Origin: Patescibacteria group bacterium UBA1396 | Lineage (GTDB): Bacteria > Patescibacteriota > Microgenomatia > UBA1400 > UBA1396 | Direction: 5' to 3' | DNA length: 64,000 nucleotides | Assembly (NCBI GenBank): GCA_002305195.1 | Contig: DBQK01000008.1 | Coordinates: 98,688-162,687 of the forward strand | Shown: piece after piece, positions 19,020 through 29,146 of the stretch | Layout: every line of letters starts with the position of its first letter | Position numbering within the stretch: the stretch's first letter is position 1 | Program-made: the position numbers and the translations under genes | Notes under the pieces: model-generated | Seen by the model: only the letters and a program-made list of their open reading frames with translations | Database searches by the model: none | What the model was told of the DNA's origin: nothing

Positions 19020-19988
19020 TTACTGATTCGCCTGTCTAGCTGATTCCAGAATATCACCAAGTGTTTGCTCTAAGGAAGTCTCGGGTTGCCAACCAAGCTG
19101 GTTTAACTTAGATATATCAGCTACAAAATGAGGTACATCAACCGGTCTCAGCCTTGATGGATCTGTTTCAATTTCTATCTTAACCTTAGCAAGAGCGACC
19201 ATTTTTTGAACCACCTCTTTCATAGTCACCCCAGCTCCACTACCTAAATTGTAAACTTCACCACTCACACCCTGGCGTAATAATACTTCGTAGGCTTTAG
19301 CGGCGTCTCTAACATCAGTAAAATCTCTAACTGCTTCCAGGTTGCCAACCAACAATTTATCCTGTTGCCCTTTTTCAATCTTCACGATTTGGTCAGCAAA
19401 AGAAGGTAAGGCAAAATCCGTGCTTTGTCCTGGTCCAATCTGGTTAAAAGGTCGGACATGAATAATATCCAGTTGATAACTTAGTTGATAGGCTCGAGAC
19501 AATAATTCTTGCGTAGCTTTGGAAACAGCATAAGGGTTACTTGGATAAAAAGGGGCTTCTTCATTTATTGGCTGAGCTTGATATTTAGCGGGTAAAACAC
19601 CATATGCTTGAGCCGAGCCAAGGCTAATTAATCTGGCTTGCTTGGCTGCCTCCTTGATAGCTTCCAACATTACCAGTTGTAACTTGGTGTTGGTATTCAA
19701 AACTGCCTCGGCCTGCTGATAACTTTCATTTACTGAAGCGCGAGCAGCCAAGTGAATGATCCCTCTTGGTTGAAGTGTTGCTAATAAGTTCGTAACTGCA
19801 GGCTGATTAGTTAAATCAAGTGTATGAACATTATTATTACCTAGAGTTTTAGCTAATCTGGATGCCGATTCTGGTCTGAAAGCCGTACCGTGTACGTTGG
19901 TATACTGAATATTTTGTAAGTGGTTAATTATGTGTTGACCGACGAAACCATCGGCGCCGGTGATAAGTAGCACGCTATCTTTGGTCAT
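19020..19988 (-). CDS. NAD-dependent epimerase/dehydratase (likely GDP-4-keto-6-deoxy-D-mannose reductase or GDP-fucose synthase-like)
   Basis: 'LLITGADGFVGQHI' Rossmann motif, 'YAVSK' catalytic YxxxK; immediately downstream of gmd. Confidence 0.6.
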   Translation of the reverse strand: MTKDSVLLITGADGFVGQHIINHLQNIQYTNVHGTAFRPESASRLAKTLGNNNVHTLDLTNQPAVTNLLATLQPRGIIHLAARASVNESYQQAEAVLNTNTKLQLVMLEAIKEAAKQARLISLGSAQAYGVLPAKYQAQPINEEAPFYPSNPYAVSKATQELLSRAYQLSYQLDIIHVRPFNQIGPGQSTDFALPSFADQIVKIEKGQQDKLLVGNLEAVRDFTDVRDAAKAYEVLLRQGVSGEVYNLGSGAGVTMKEVVQKMVALAKVKIEIETDPSRLRPVDVPHFVADISKLNQLGWQPETSLEQTLGDILESARQANQ

Positions 19989-21288
19989 TTTTTCTCCCGA
20001 TACTAAGGTATAACCACTGGTCAGTGGAAAATTTGGCTGGGTCTAGTTGATTACGTACATCGATGAGGGTTCGGCGCTGGCCGCCGGCCAGCGCCGGCAA
20101 TGAAGCAAAATCAAACCCTACTATTTCCGGCCATTCAATCAACAATATAATCACCTCGGCGTCGGTAACAGCCTCTGCGAGAGTATCAACCAGAGATAAG
20201 TGCGGCTTGGCGCCGACTTGTCGGCGCCAAGCCGCCATCGCCATTGGATCATAAGCTTTGACTTGCGCACCTTTGTGTAGTAACTGTGGCACAACCTTTA
20301 AGCTGGGAGCTTCGCGCAAATCATCGGTATTGGGCTTAAATGAAAGACCTAAAACAGCCACTTTTTTATCTTGCCATCCGCCGATTGATTCGGCAAAATC
20401 CTGCAACTTAAGATGTGGTCGATTTTCATTTAACTCATTAATTTTATTAAATAAATTATCGCCTTGACCGACCGAGCGCGAGTAAGCTGCTAGCTCGCGA
20501 ACATCTTTGGGAAAGCAGGATCCGCCATACCCAAACCCAGGATACCAGTAATGATCACCAATTCTTTTATCGTGACCAATAATCTTGATAACTTCCTGAA
20601 CGTCAGCACCGTTTTCTTCACATAAATCCGCAATCTGATTGATAAAGGTAATTCGCTGCGCTAAATAAGCATTGGCGGTATACTTACCCATTTGAGCACT
20701 CTCAGGATTGGCGATTACAATCGGCGCTTGAAAAGGTTCGTGCAGATGTTTTAAACGCTCAATGGCTGCCGCTTCACGGCAGCCAATCACTACTCTGTCA
20801 GGGTGTAGAGTATCCTCAACCGCCGTACCCTCTCGCAAAAACTCTGGTAGTGAAGCTAAATAAAAGTTTTTATCAGTTATGGATTTAATTTTTTTAGTAA
20901 GGATTGAGAAAATTCCAGGTGGAACCGTGCTTTTGATACCAATGACCACATCATCGGCAATATACTTGGCTGATTCTTGGCAAGCAGCCTCAACATAAGT
21001 GGTGTCCGCCGTTCCATCTGGAGCAGAGGGTGTACCCACCGCTACTAAAATAACTTGTGCATCTGGGATTGCTTCTTGATAACTACTCGTAAACCTCAAC
21101 CGACCGTTTTTTAGCTCTTGTTTAAGAAGATCTGTAAGTCCGGGTTCAAAAAATGGAACCTCACCCTCCTGCAAACTCGCAACTTTGGCTGGATCTATAT
21201 CTAAACCAGTTACCTGATTCCCAAATGAGGCTAAGGCGGCGGCGGTTACAACACCAACAAAACCGGTTCCAATAACAACTACCTGCAT
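19975..21288 (-). CDS. nucleotide-sugar 6-dehydrogenase (UDP-glucose/GDP-mannose dehydrogenase family)
   Basis: 'MQVVVIGTGFVGVVTAAALA', catalytic 'GGSCFPKD'. Confidence 0.8.
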   Translation of the reverse strand: MQVVVIGTGFVGVVTAAALASFGNQVTGLDIDPAKVASLQEGEVPFFEPGLTDLLKQELKNGRLRFTSSYQEAIPDAQVILVAVGTPSAPDGTADTTYVEAACQESAKYIADDVVIGIKSTVPPGIFSILTKKIKSITDKNFYLASLPEFLREGTAVEDTLHPDRVVIGCREAAAIERLKHLHEPFQAPIVIANPESAQMGKYTANAYLAQRITFINQIADLCEENGADVQEVIKIIGHDKRIGDHYWYPGFGYGGSCFPKDVRELAAYSRSVGQGDNLFNKINELNENRPHLKLQDFAESIGGWQDKKVAVLGLSFKPNTDDLREAPSLKVVPQLLHKGAQVKAYDPMAMAAWRRQVGAKPHLSLVDTLAEAVTDAEVIILLIEWPEIVGFDFASLPALAGGQRRTLIDVRNQLDPAKFSTDQWLYLSIGRKNDQR

Positions 21289-21344
21289 TGGCTAATCCTA
21301 TCAGAGAACGCCCCCTAGGAAAAGCGATGGATTAAGATGCAAAA

Positions 21345-21761
21345 CTATCTGTGATTCTTGAAAAAATTTAGTTCCTTTAATCCCTGAGATATTTGACGCA
21401 AAACATTAACACAATAACTAATATTTTCATTAGATGGATTGTTCGCTAAAATTGGAGCAATTTCTAAAAGTTTGGACGAGCTATCTGCGATACATGTTTG
21501 TATTTTTTTTAATATATTTTCTGGAAAGCTTAGCTCATTCAGGCCACTGTAAACCTGAAGGATAGAGACGGTACAATTTCTAATGTTTTGACTAGTAGGC
21601 TTACTCGATAAGATTGAAATTATGTTATCTACTCTAGAACTGACATTAGCAATTCTGGATTCTATTTGTTCAGGAGTGTTTGGGGTTTCAGACATATCCC
21701 CATCGGTATTTTCTCCAGAATGAACAACACTCTCATTTGCAACTGCCATACCACCTCCCAC
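21345..21761 (-). CDS. hypothetical protein with internal ~25-aa duplication
   Basis: 'NIRNCTVSILQVYSGLNELSFPENI' ~ 'NISYCVNVLRQISQGLKELNFFKN'. Confidence 0.35.
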   Translation of the reverse strand: MGGGMAVANESVVHSGENTDGDMSETPNTPEQIESRIANVSSRVDNIISILSSKPTSQNIRNCTVSILQVYSGLNELSFPENILKKIQTCIADSSSKLLEIAPILANNPSNENISYCVNVLRQISQGLKELNFFKNHR

Positions 21762-21834
21762 CCTTTTAACTATTCTATCAATTTTCCCAAGAAAAAACTA
21801 TCGATCGAAAAAAAACAACCAGCTAGTATCTCTT

Positions 21835-22203
21835 TTAGGCTACCACTGACTTATTTCTGGCGGGCTCACCAACCAACCAGGTTAAAACTAGTCGTGGATC
21901 ATTACGAGCAATTCCCTGAATGACGGTACTACAAAAGTTGGTGGATAATTGGTCTCCACCTGGCAATAGTTGAAGTTCTTGCTGGATGGCTGCCAAGCGC
22001 AACCAACAAGCTGGCGTTTCACCAGACTGATTAGGATTACTCTGTTGTATTTCTCCATTCCTGGCTTGCTGTAAAGCAACGCCCAACACTTCAATCATTA
22101 ACTCATTTCGCAAGCGATCTAATTTGCGAGAGCTTTCATCATGGATGCCAGTAATAATTTCGCTAACTGGTTTTTCTGCTCTAGCAATAATCTCCATAAA
22201 CAA
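21835..22203 (-). CDS. hypothetical protein
   Basis: 122-aa ORF, no family recognised. Confidence 0.3.
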   Translation of the reverse strand: MFMEIIARAEKPVSEIITGIHDESSRKLDRLRNELMIEVLGVALQQARNGEIQQSNPNQSGETPACWLRLAAIQQELQLLPGGDQLSTNFCSTVIQGIARNDPRLVLTWLVGEPARNKSVVA

Positions 22204-22283
22204 GATTACTGTAATGGTTGCTTCTAGCGAAAAATGTAATTAAAACAAAATAGAAACGTAAGAATTATCGAAAAATTATTGAT

Positions 22284-23348
22284 TTAACCAAACAAACTCG
22301 CCTGAACTTGATTCTCAAAAGAATCCGAAGGTAATTTTCTCTTTAATGACTCAAAACCCAACTGGGTAAACAGCTCCAAAGCTGACGTTTTGTTGTAATC
22401 ACTTAATTTGGCTTGTTCTAATGAAAAATCCAAAGGAACATCGGTGTCAATCTTGGCTAATTCTTGAGATAGCCAGGCTTCTTCCTGACTATCAACCAAC
22501 TTCTTGATTACTGCTGGGCGTAGATTTCTAACTTTAGATATTAGTTGTACTTTCTCTGATTCGGAAAATTTATTTTCAATCTCAGCTTGATCTAAATGGC
22601 TGCTGGAATTAATTTTGCTGGCAAGCATTAAAGCCTGATATAATCTCTCGATTGAACCAAACTCGGTTAAAAACTGAACGGCGGTTTTCGGACCAACTCC
22701 TTTAACACCTGGAATATTATCAGACGGATCTCCACACAAAGCTTTATAGTCAATTACTTGATCCACCTTAACCCCAAAATGATCTTCAACCGCTTGTTTG
22801 TCAATAACTCTCAGATCACCGCTACCATCGCGTTCCGGCCAGAGCACATAAACATTATCATGAATTAGCTGAAACGTGTCACGGTCGCTGGTAAAGATAG
22901 CCACTTTCAACTCTGGATTTGAATGGGATAATTTCTCGCTAAGTGTACCGATAACATCATCGGCCTCATATCCATTAATACCAATGGTGGGAATGTTTAG
23001 TACTTTAAGCACGGCATACATCAAAGGAAATTGGGCCTTAAGTTCTGGATCGGCTTCTTCACGGTTCGCTTTGTATTGAGTATAGGTTTGGTGACGAAAG
23101 GTGGGCTCTCCCATATCGGTACCGGTGACGATATATTCAGGATTAACGATCTCTAAGACTCTTAGTAGCATTCTGGTAAAACCGTAAACAGCGTTGGTTA
23201 TCTCACCATCTGGTGATTGCAAACTTAACGGAAAGGAGTGGTAAGCTCTAAACAATAATGAATAAGCATCCAAAATAACTAAATCGATATCTTGAGGCAA
23301 TACAGTTGCCTGGTTTGACTGGCTTTTGTCTGAATCTTTACTAATCAT
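22284..23348 (-). CDS. stand-alone 5'-3' exonuclease (DNA polymerase I N-terminal/FEN-like with H3TH)
   Basis: 'DLVILDAYSLLFRAYH', 'GIPGVKGVGPKTA' H3TH motif. Confidence 0.75.
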   Translation of the reverse strand: MISKDSDKSQSNQATVLPQDIDLVILDAYSLLFRAYHSFPLSLQSPDGEITNAVYGFTRMLLRVLEIVNPEYIVTGTDMGEPTFRHQTYTQYKANREEADPELKAQFPLMYAVLKVLNIPTIGINGYEADDVIGTLSEKLSHSNPELKVAIFTSDRDTFQLIHDNVYVLWPERDGSGDLRVIDKQAVEDHFGVKVDQVIDYKALCGDPSDNIPGVKGVGPKTAVQFLTEFGSIERLYQALMLASKINSSSHLDQAEIENKFSESEKVQLISKVRNLRPAVIKKLVDSQEEAWLSQELAKIDTDVPLDFSLEQAKLSDYNKTSALELFTQLGFESLKRKLPSDSFENQVQASLFG

Positions 23349-23383
23349 AAATTGCCACGGAATAATTAGTGGCTAGATTAATT

Positions 23384-25381
23384 TTAATTTTTTTTTGACT
23401 TTGATTGAAGGGTGTGATTACTCTTCAGTTTGCTTTTGGCCTTTGGTAGACCAACTGCATTCTCAAATTCATCTCCCTCTAGTGTTTCTGCCTCAAGAAG
23501 ACGTTCCACAACTCGTTTCATAGCCTCATCATTCTCTTGAATAATCTGTCGAGCTAACTTCTCTGCTTCACTAACAAATTTTTGCATTTGAGCATCCACC
23601 TGACTTTGCAACTTGTCAGAAATTCGATAAGGCTCTGGAAAACTTCGCCCATAATCACTCATTTCATACTGGGGTCCAAAGTTTAAAGGCCCCAGATCGC
23701 TCATACCAAAATCTAAAACCATAGCCCGAGCAATTCTGGTGACTTGATCAATATCACTCGCAGCACCTCCAGTTAATTCCTTAAAGTAAATATCCTCAGC
23801 AATTCTGCCACCCAACAGCACCGCCATTCTGGCCATCAGTTCTGATCTAGTTTGTTGATACTTGTCCTGTTCGGGTGGGGTCAAAGTAAAGCCCAAGGCT
23901 TGGCCGCGTGAAACAATTGAAATTCGGTGAACAGGATCGGCATAGGGCAGCAAGTGAGCCACCACTGCATGCCCAACTTCGTGATAAGCTGTCATTTCCC
24001 GCTCATATTCACTTTGCAGTTTTTTCTTGGAAGGACCAAGTTTAACCTTAAGAGCGGCTTCTTCAAGATCTTTCATATCGATCTTGGTTCGGTTTTCTCT
24101 AGCAACCAAGATGGCCGCTTCATTCAACATATTTTCCAAATCAGCACCAGAGAAACCTACGGTGCGCTTGGCAATCTTGGACCAATTCACATCATCTGTA
24201 AATGGCTTATTAGAACTGTGAATTTTTAAGATCCGTTCTCTTTCCTCAATATCAGGCAAGGTAGCGGTTATTCGTCGATCAAACCTACCAGGACGAGTTA
24301 GAGCCGGATCAAGCATGTCACCCCGGTTTGTAGCAGCCAATACAATTACGCTATCTGTAGGTGCAAAACCATCCATTTCTACTAAGATTTGGTTCAGAGT
24401 CTGTTCGCGCTCATCATGACCACCCATACCACCAGCATTTCCTCTCATCCGGCCGATGGCATCTATTTCATCAATAAAAATAATTGCTGGCGCCATTTTT
24501 TTGGCGGTTTCAAATAAATCTCTAGCTCTGGCCGCACCAACGCCAACCAGCATCTCCATAAACTCAGAGCCGGCAATCGACAAGAATGGCACGTTGGCTT
24601 CACCAGCCACCGCTCTTGCCAATAAGGTCTTGCCAGTACCGGAAGGTCCAACTAACAGGGCTCCTTTGGGAGTTCGAGCCCCTAATTTTTGGTATTTATC
24701 TGGATGTTTAAGAAAATCAACAATTTCTTGCAATTCTTGCTTTGCCTCTTTCATACCTCCGACATCAGCAAACTTAACGTCTTGTTTGCCCTTGATGAAA
24801 AACTTAGCCTTACTCTTGCCAAATCCCAACATATCTCCCTGAGCGCCTCTGGCCTGTCTGAATAAAAACAAAAAGAAAACAACCATCAAAAGTAGTGGCA
24901 CAAAATTAACAATTAATTCCCAAATAATGGCACTGGCGGTTAAATCTTTAACCTCGATTTGAACCGTGGAAGGGTCAACATCTACCTTGGTTAGCAAATC
25001 TAGAAAATCCTGACCGGCCTCTTTGCGCGATTTCTTCACTGTGCCATCAAAATACTCGATCTGAATCTCATCACCCTCGATCATAATTTGTTCAACAGTT
25101 TCTGACTTTAAATCAGCTAATAAACTGGAGATGGGCACGATATTGCTATCAGCACCAGAGAACACACTAAATAAAAATGGCAAAAATAATAAAAGAATAA
25201 TCAGCCAAACAATCAATCTATTTGGATTAAATTTAAAACCAAATATCCAAACATTACCCTTATTTTTCTTTGGTGATAAGCGCTTCAACTGGTCGCCGGG
25301 AATTCTTGAGCGTTTGTTTGATTTTCCGCCACTCTTAGAAGATGAATTTGGTGTTTGTTCATTATTCATATTATTAGCCAT
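23384..25381 (-). CDS. ftsH: ATP-dependent zinc metalloprotease FtsH
   Basis: Walker A 'GPSGTGKT', SRH, zinc motif 'HEVGHAVV'. Confidence 0.9.
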   Translation of the reverse strand: MANNMNNEQTPNSSSKSGGKSNKRSRIPGDQLKRLSPKKNKGNVWIFGFKFNPNRLIVWLIILLLFLPFLFSVFSGADSNIVPISSLLADLKSETVEQIMIEGDEIQIEYFDGTVKKSRKEAGQDFLDLLTKVDVDPSTVQIEVKDLTASAIIWELIVNFVPLLLMVVFFLFLFRQARGAQGDMLGFGKSKAKFFIKGKQDVKFADVGGMKEAKQELQEIVDFLKHPDKYQKLGARTPKGALLVGPSGTGKTLLARAVAGEANVPFLSIAGSEFMEMLVGVGAARARDLFETAKKMAPAIIFIDEIDAIGRMRGNAGGMGGHDEREQTLNQILVEMDGFAPTDSVIVLAATNRGDMLDPALTRPGRFDRRITATLPDIEERERILKIHSSNKPFTDDVNWSKIAKRTVGFSGADLENMLNEAAILVARENRTKIDMKDLEEAALKVKLGPSKKKLQSEYEREMTAYHEVGHAVVAHLLPYADPVHRISIVSRGQALGFTLTPPEQDKYQQTRSELMARMAVLLGGRIAEDIYFKELTGGAASDIDQVTRIARAMVLDFGMSDLGPLNFGPQYEMSDYGRSFPEPYRISDKLQSQVDAQMQKFVSEAEKLARQIIQENDEAMKRVVERLLEAETLEGDEFENAVGLPKAKSKLKSNHTLQSKSKKN

Positions 25382-25384
25382 ATT

Positions 25385-25774
25385 TTACCCTAATCTGGAG
25401 CCGGCTGGCGCCAAGTTGCTTTGTAATAATAATTGTGGAGTCGACTCCGGCTGATCATCCTGCGCTGCTAGAATCATTCCCTCACTCACTCCCGGACCCA
25501 TTCGGCGAGGTTCTAAGTTAACCACAAAAATCGATTGCTTGCCAATAAAATCTTCCGGCTGATACCACTTTCGCAAGCCAGCCAAAATTGTTCGCTGGCC
25601 AATCTCCTGACCAAAATCAACTTTTAACTCAATTAATTTATCTGACCAGTCCGGTAAACTAGCTTGGAGAATAGTACCCACCCTGATATCGACAGCCAAA
25701 AATTGATCAAACTTAATAGATGATGTTTTAGTTTCATTACCATCTGGTGATGAAGTAACAACTGATTCAGACAT
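25385..25774 (-). CDS. tRNA-binding domain protein (CsaA/Trbp111/MetRS C-terminal-like)
   Basis: 'AVDIRVGTIL...FVVNLEPRRMGPGVSEGMIL' matches OB-fold tRNA-binding domain. Confidence 0.6.
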   Translation of the reverse strand: MSESVVTSSPDGNETKTSSIKFDQFLAVDIRVGTILQASLPDWSDKLIELKVDFGQEIGQRTILAGLRKWYQPEDFIGKQSIFVVNLEPRRMGPGVSEGMILAAQDDQPESTPQLLLQSNLAPAGSRLG

Positions 25775-25812
25775 ACTGGCAAATTCTACCCTTTCTTTAA
25801 AAATAGAACTAG

Positions 25813-26670
25813 TTATAGTTCTCTGATCTGCACATCCTGGTGCATATCGGCTAAGTCAATTAATTGTAAATATCTCTCGGTTGTTGAGAGGCGTTTATGA
25901 CCAACAATCTTGCTGACCGTCACCAGAGGCACACCGGCGATTAACTGCTGATAAATAAAGGTATGACGCAAATCATTGACTTTGGCATCTTTAATACCGG
26001 CTAACTTGAAGTATCGATCGATAGCACTGCGAATATTCCTAACTAAAAATGGTCGGCAACTTTTAGTTAGAAAAAAAGTTCTTTCTTTAGTGCGGGGCCT
26101 AATTTGAGAATAATCCTTAATAGCTGCGACCGCGGCATTATTAAGTGGCACAACACGACTATCGTGTGAGTTTTGGGCAGCAATAAAAATCTGTTTTTTA
26201 GGTAAAGAAATATCTTCTATCTTTAGTTCCGCAAGTTCACTAATACGCATACCGGTTTGTAGTAATAGTTCGATGATGGCATACATTCGGCGATCTTTTT
26301 TAACAATGTCTCTTAAAGCTCGATATTCTACTGGTGTTAAAACTCTTGGCGGGGCATTTTTGTATCTGGGTTGAACAATTTGCTGTACTGGATTATCGCT
26401 AATGATCTTCTTGTCATGCAGATATCGAAAAAAGGATTTAAGTGAGTTGAGCTTTCGAGAAATTGATTTATCTGAATAACGCAGAACTTCTAATTCCTCT
26501 TTATAGTCGTTAAAGTCATCCGCCACCACTTGTTTAGGATCAGTCTTGTTGCGCCGGATTAAAAATTCACAGAACTGCTCTACATCTTTGCTGTAGGCCA
26601 GTAAAGTAGCTTGGGCTTTACCTGAATCTTTTAAAGCCTGAGTATAATCTTGTTGCAGCTGTTTAATCAT
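25813..26670 (-). CDS. tyrosine site-specific recombinase XerC/XerD family
   Basis: 'LRHTF...', 'VGHKRLSTTERYLQL' catalytic tyrosine region. Confidence 0.8.
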   Translation of the reverse strand: MIKQLQQDYTQALKDSGKAQATLLAYSKDVEQFCEFLIRRNKTDPKQVVADDFNDYKEELEVLRYSDKSISRKLNSLKSFFRYLHDKKIISDNPVQQIVQPRYKNAPPRVLTPVEYRALRDIVKKDRRMYAIIELLLQTGMRISELAELKIEDISLPKKQIFIAAQNSHDSRVVPLNNAAVAAIKDYSQIRPRTKERTFFLTKSCRPFLVRNIRSAIDRYFKLAGIKDAKVNDLRHTFIYQQLIAGVPLVTVSKIVGHKRLSTTERYLQLIDLADMHQDVQIREL

Positions 26671-26770
26671 AAATATATAGTTGAGTTATCGAGATATTAA
26701 ATGTGTCTTAAAGGATAAGGTCACATTTTAACGTCCGATAATATTATAGCAAGAGCTAAAAGATACTTCT

Positions 26771-27103
26771 ATGCTTGATTATCAAAATTCTAAGATACGT
26801 AGATCAGGTGAGTGGCCATCAAATCAGTCACGAGGTGGATTCAAACTACATCGTTTGGTGGTTTCTGTCATTATCTTGGTGTTGATATTTTCTTTTCTAC
26901 GTAGTGTTTGGTTAACTAGACAAGCTAAAAAAAACTTTGCCGAGCAAGCTTTGCGAGTAGAAAAACTTAGAAATGATATTTCAAAACTGGAAGATGAGGT
27001 TAAGACAGCCACTTCAAGTTTTGAGTTGGAGAAGCGAATTAGAGAAGAATTAAAACTTCAAAAACCTGGTGAGATTATTTTAGAAGTTGAGACAAATAAT
27101 TAA
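26771..27103 (+). CDS. FtsB/DivIC-like septum-formation initiator (candidate)
   Basis: single TM + coiled coil + C-terminal 'EKRIREELKLQKPGEII'. Confidence 0.45.
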   Translation: MLDYQNSKIRRSGEWPSNQSRGGFKLHRLVVSVIILVLIFSFLRSVWLTRQAKKNFAEQALRVEKLRNDISKLEDEVKTATSSFELEKRIREELKLQKPGEIILEVETNN

Positions 27104-27149
27104 TGCTTGATTTAATAAGCTAAATTGTAAGTTTTTTGTAAGAATTTTT

Positions 27150-27158
27150 GTTATAATG
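27150..27158 (+). promoter_or_regulatory. extended -10 promoter element (TGtTATAAT) upstream of response regulator gene
   Basis: 'tgttataat' 20 nt upstream of ATG at 27179. Confidence 0.3.
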
Positions 27159-27178
27159 TCTTTTTTAGTGCAGGAGAT

Positions 27179-27871
27179 TTGATGGAAAAGTTGTCCTTGT
27201 TAATTGTCGAAGATAACGTGGTTTTAAACAATGCCATTCGTTCTTATTTACGAAAGTATTTTACAATCCATCAAACACCTACCTTTAACGGAGCCTTATC
27301 GCTGTTAGATAAATTAACACAACTTGATGTAGTTATTTTAGATAGATTTCTACCTGATGGTGATGGCCTTGAGTTACTGCCCATTTTAAACCGCTATTAT
27401 CCTCAGACTAGGATTTGTGTCTTAAGCAATGGACAATGCTTGACTGATAAACTTAGAGGTTTGGACAGCGGAGCAGATGTTTACCTGCCCAAACCCATTA
27501 GCCTCCCAGAAATAAAATCACAAATTATTGCTCTATTAAGACGAACTAGACTGCTTGATCATCAACTCATTAAACAGGGTAACATTGCTTTAAATTTACA
27601 TACCAGAAAAATTAGTAATAATGATGAGACTGTTACCCTAACTAAACGTCAAACAGAAATAATGACTTATTTTTTGCAAAATCCTTTCGGTTTTGTCTCT
27701 AAAGACCAATTGTTTGATGTCTTTTGGCGGTTAAATTCTGAGCCAAGTGATAGCGCTATTCATGTAAATATCCAGCGATTGCGAAAAAAACTAATGCTCA
27801 TTGGCATTAATCTCATTTCTAAATATGGGTCAGGATATCAGCTTGCCCTGGCTGAGAGCTCCTCTGCTTAA
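27179..27871 (+). CDS. OmpR-family response regulator (receiver + winged-helix), no cognate kinase adjacent
   Basis: 'LLIVEDNVV...VVILDRFLPDGDG', C-terminal wHTH. Confidence 0.75.
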   Translation: MMEKLSLLIVEDNVVLNNAIRSYLRKYFTIHQTPTFNGALSLLDKLTQLDVVILDRFLPDGDGLELLPILNRYYPQTRICVLSNGQCLTDKLRGLDSGADVYLPKPISLPEIKSQIIALLRRTRLLDHQLIKQGNIALNLHTRKISNNDETVTLTKRQTEIMTYFLQNPFGFVSKDQLFDVFWRLNSEPSDSAIHVNIQRLRKKLMLIGINLISKYGSGYQLALAESSSA

Positions 27872-27958
27872 TTACTATGTTCGGCAAGGTAAATTCTACT
27901 TGATCTAGATCATTTATTGTTTTAATTCCAAATAGCAGATTTAGATTCATAAGTTAAA

Positions 27959-29143
27959 ATGTCCTGTATGCCTAACTACTATATTCACACCTTTGGCTGT
28001 CAAGCTAACAAATCAGATAGTGAGCGTATTGCTGGCGATTATGAAGCCAGAGGATATATAGCAGCCAAGTCTTGGAAAAATTGTGATGAGTTAGTGGTTA
28101 ACACCTGCGCCGTTCGACAACGAGCTGAAGATCGGGCAAAGGGGTTTTTAATTAACGTGGTTAATTATTATCAAGAAAACAACTTACCTAAGCCAAAAAT
28201 TATCCTAACCGGATGTATGACTCATCATGGTGATAAAAAATTGTATGAGCTACTACCTGAAATAGATGAGATCTTACCTATCAATGAAGTTGGTTTTAAC
28301 CAAGCAGCTATCAGAAAAAATAATATTAATACGCAAACTGGCCGTCGTCACGCTTGGGTACCTATCTCAAGTGGCTGTAACTCTTTTTGTACTTATTGTA
28401 TTGTGCCTTATTCGCGCGGCCGCGAGGCCTCGCGGCCGCGCGACGCTATCATCGAGGAAGTTCAACAATTACTTAAAGAAGGATACGAAGAAATTACCCT
28501 ACTTGGACAAAATGTTAATTCGTGGGGTTTGGAAAAAGTGGGAATTGGATTGCGCAAAATGTTGATGCAGACCGATAAACCGCTTGCCAGAGATGATATC
28601 CCAGACAATGCAAGTCAATACTTTGATTCTGACGGAACACCGCCGTTTGTTTCTTTACTACAAGAACTGTCACAGCTTGAAAAACTACAAACCATCCGTT
28701 TTATGACCAGCAACCCCTGGGATTTTCCGGATGAGTTAATAGCCGAGATTGCCAATAACCCTAAACTTGATAAGTTTATTCATTTGCCGGTTCAATCAGG
28801 TAGTAACTCTGTTTTGCACCGTATGAACCGTGGCTATACCAGAGAGAAATATCTCGACGTGGTTAATAAACTTAAAAAACAAGTCCCTGACGTACAAATA
28901 GGCACCGACATAATTGTTGGTTTTTGTGGTGAGACCGAAGCCGAGTTCCAAGAAACTATTGATTTAGCCAAAGAGGTGGGTTGGGCCGTCGCCTTTATTG
29001 CTCAATATTCACCTCGACCAGGCACAGCAGCCTGGAGGCTTTATGAGGATGACGTTCCTGCCGCTACAAAGAAACATCGCTTTCAACTCTTAGACAAATT
29101 GATAAATACTAGTCACATGGAAAAACGCCCTCTTATTCTGTAA
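27959..29143 (+). CDS. radical-SAM methylthiotransferase (MiaB/RimO family)
   Basis: N-terminal MTTase Cys triad, radical SAM 'CNSFCTYC', 'VPYSRGREASRP' motif; precedes miaA. Confidence 0.75.
   Translation: MSCMPNYYIHTFGCQANKSDSERIAGDYEARGYIAAKSWKNCDELVVNTCAVRQRAEDRAKGFLINVVNYYQENNLPKPKIILTGCMTHHGDKKLYELLPEIDEILPINEVGFNQAAIRKNNINTQTGRRHAWVPISSGCNSFCTYCIVPYSRGREASRPRDAIIEEVQQLLKEGYEEITLLGQNVNSWGLEKVGIGLRKMLMQTDKPLARDDIPDNASQYFDSDGTPPFVSLLQELSQLEKLQTIRFMTSNPWDFPDELIAEIANNPKLDKFIHLPVQSGSNSVLHRMNRGYTREKYLDVVNKLKKQVPDVQIGTDIIVGFCGETEAEFQETIDLAKEVGWAVAFIAQYSPRPGTAAWRLYEDDVPAATKKHRFQLLDKLINTSHMEKRPLIL
28413..28442. repeat. perfect 30-bp GC-rich palindrome (cgcgcggccgcgaggcctcgcggccgcgcg) inside MiaB-like CDS
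   Basis: self-complementary; encodes conserved 'SRGREASRPRD' motif. Confidence 0.9.
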
Positions 29144-29146
29144 TTT

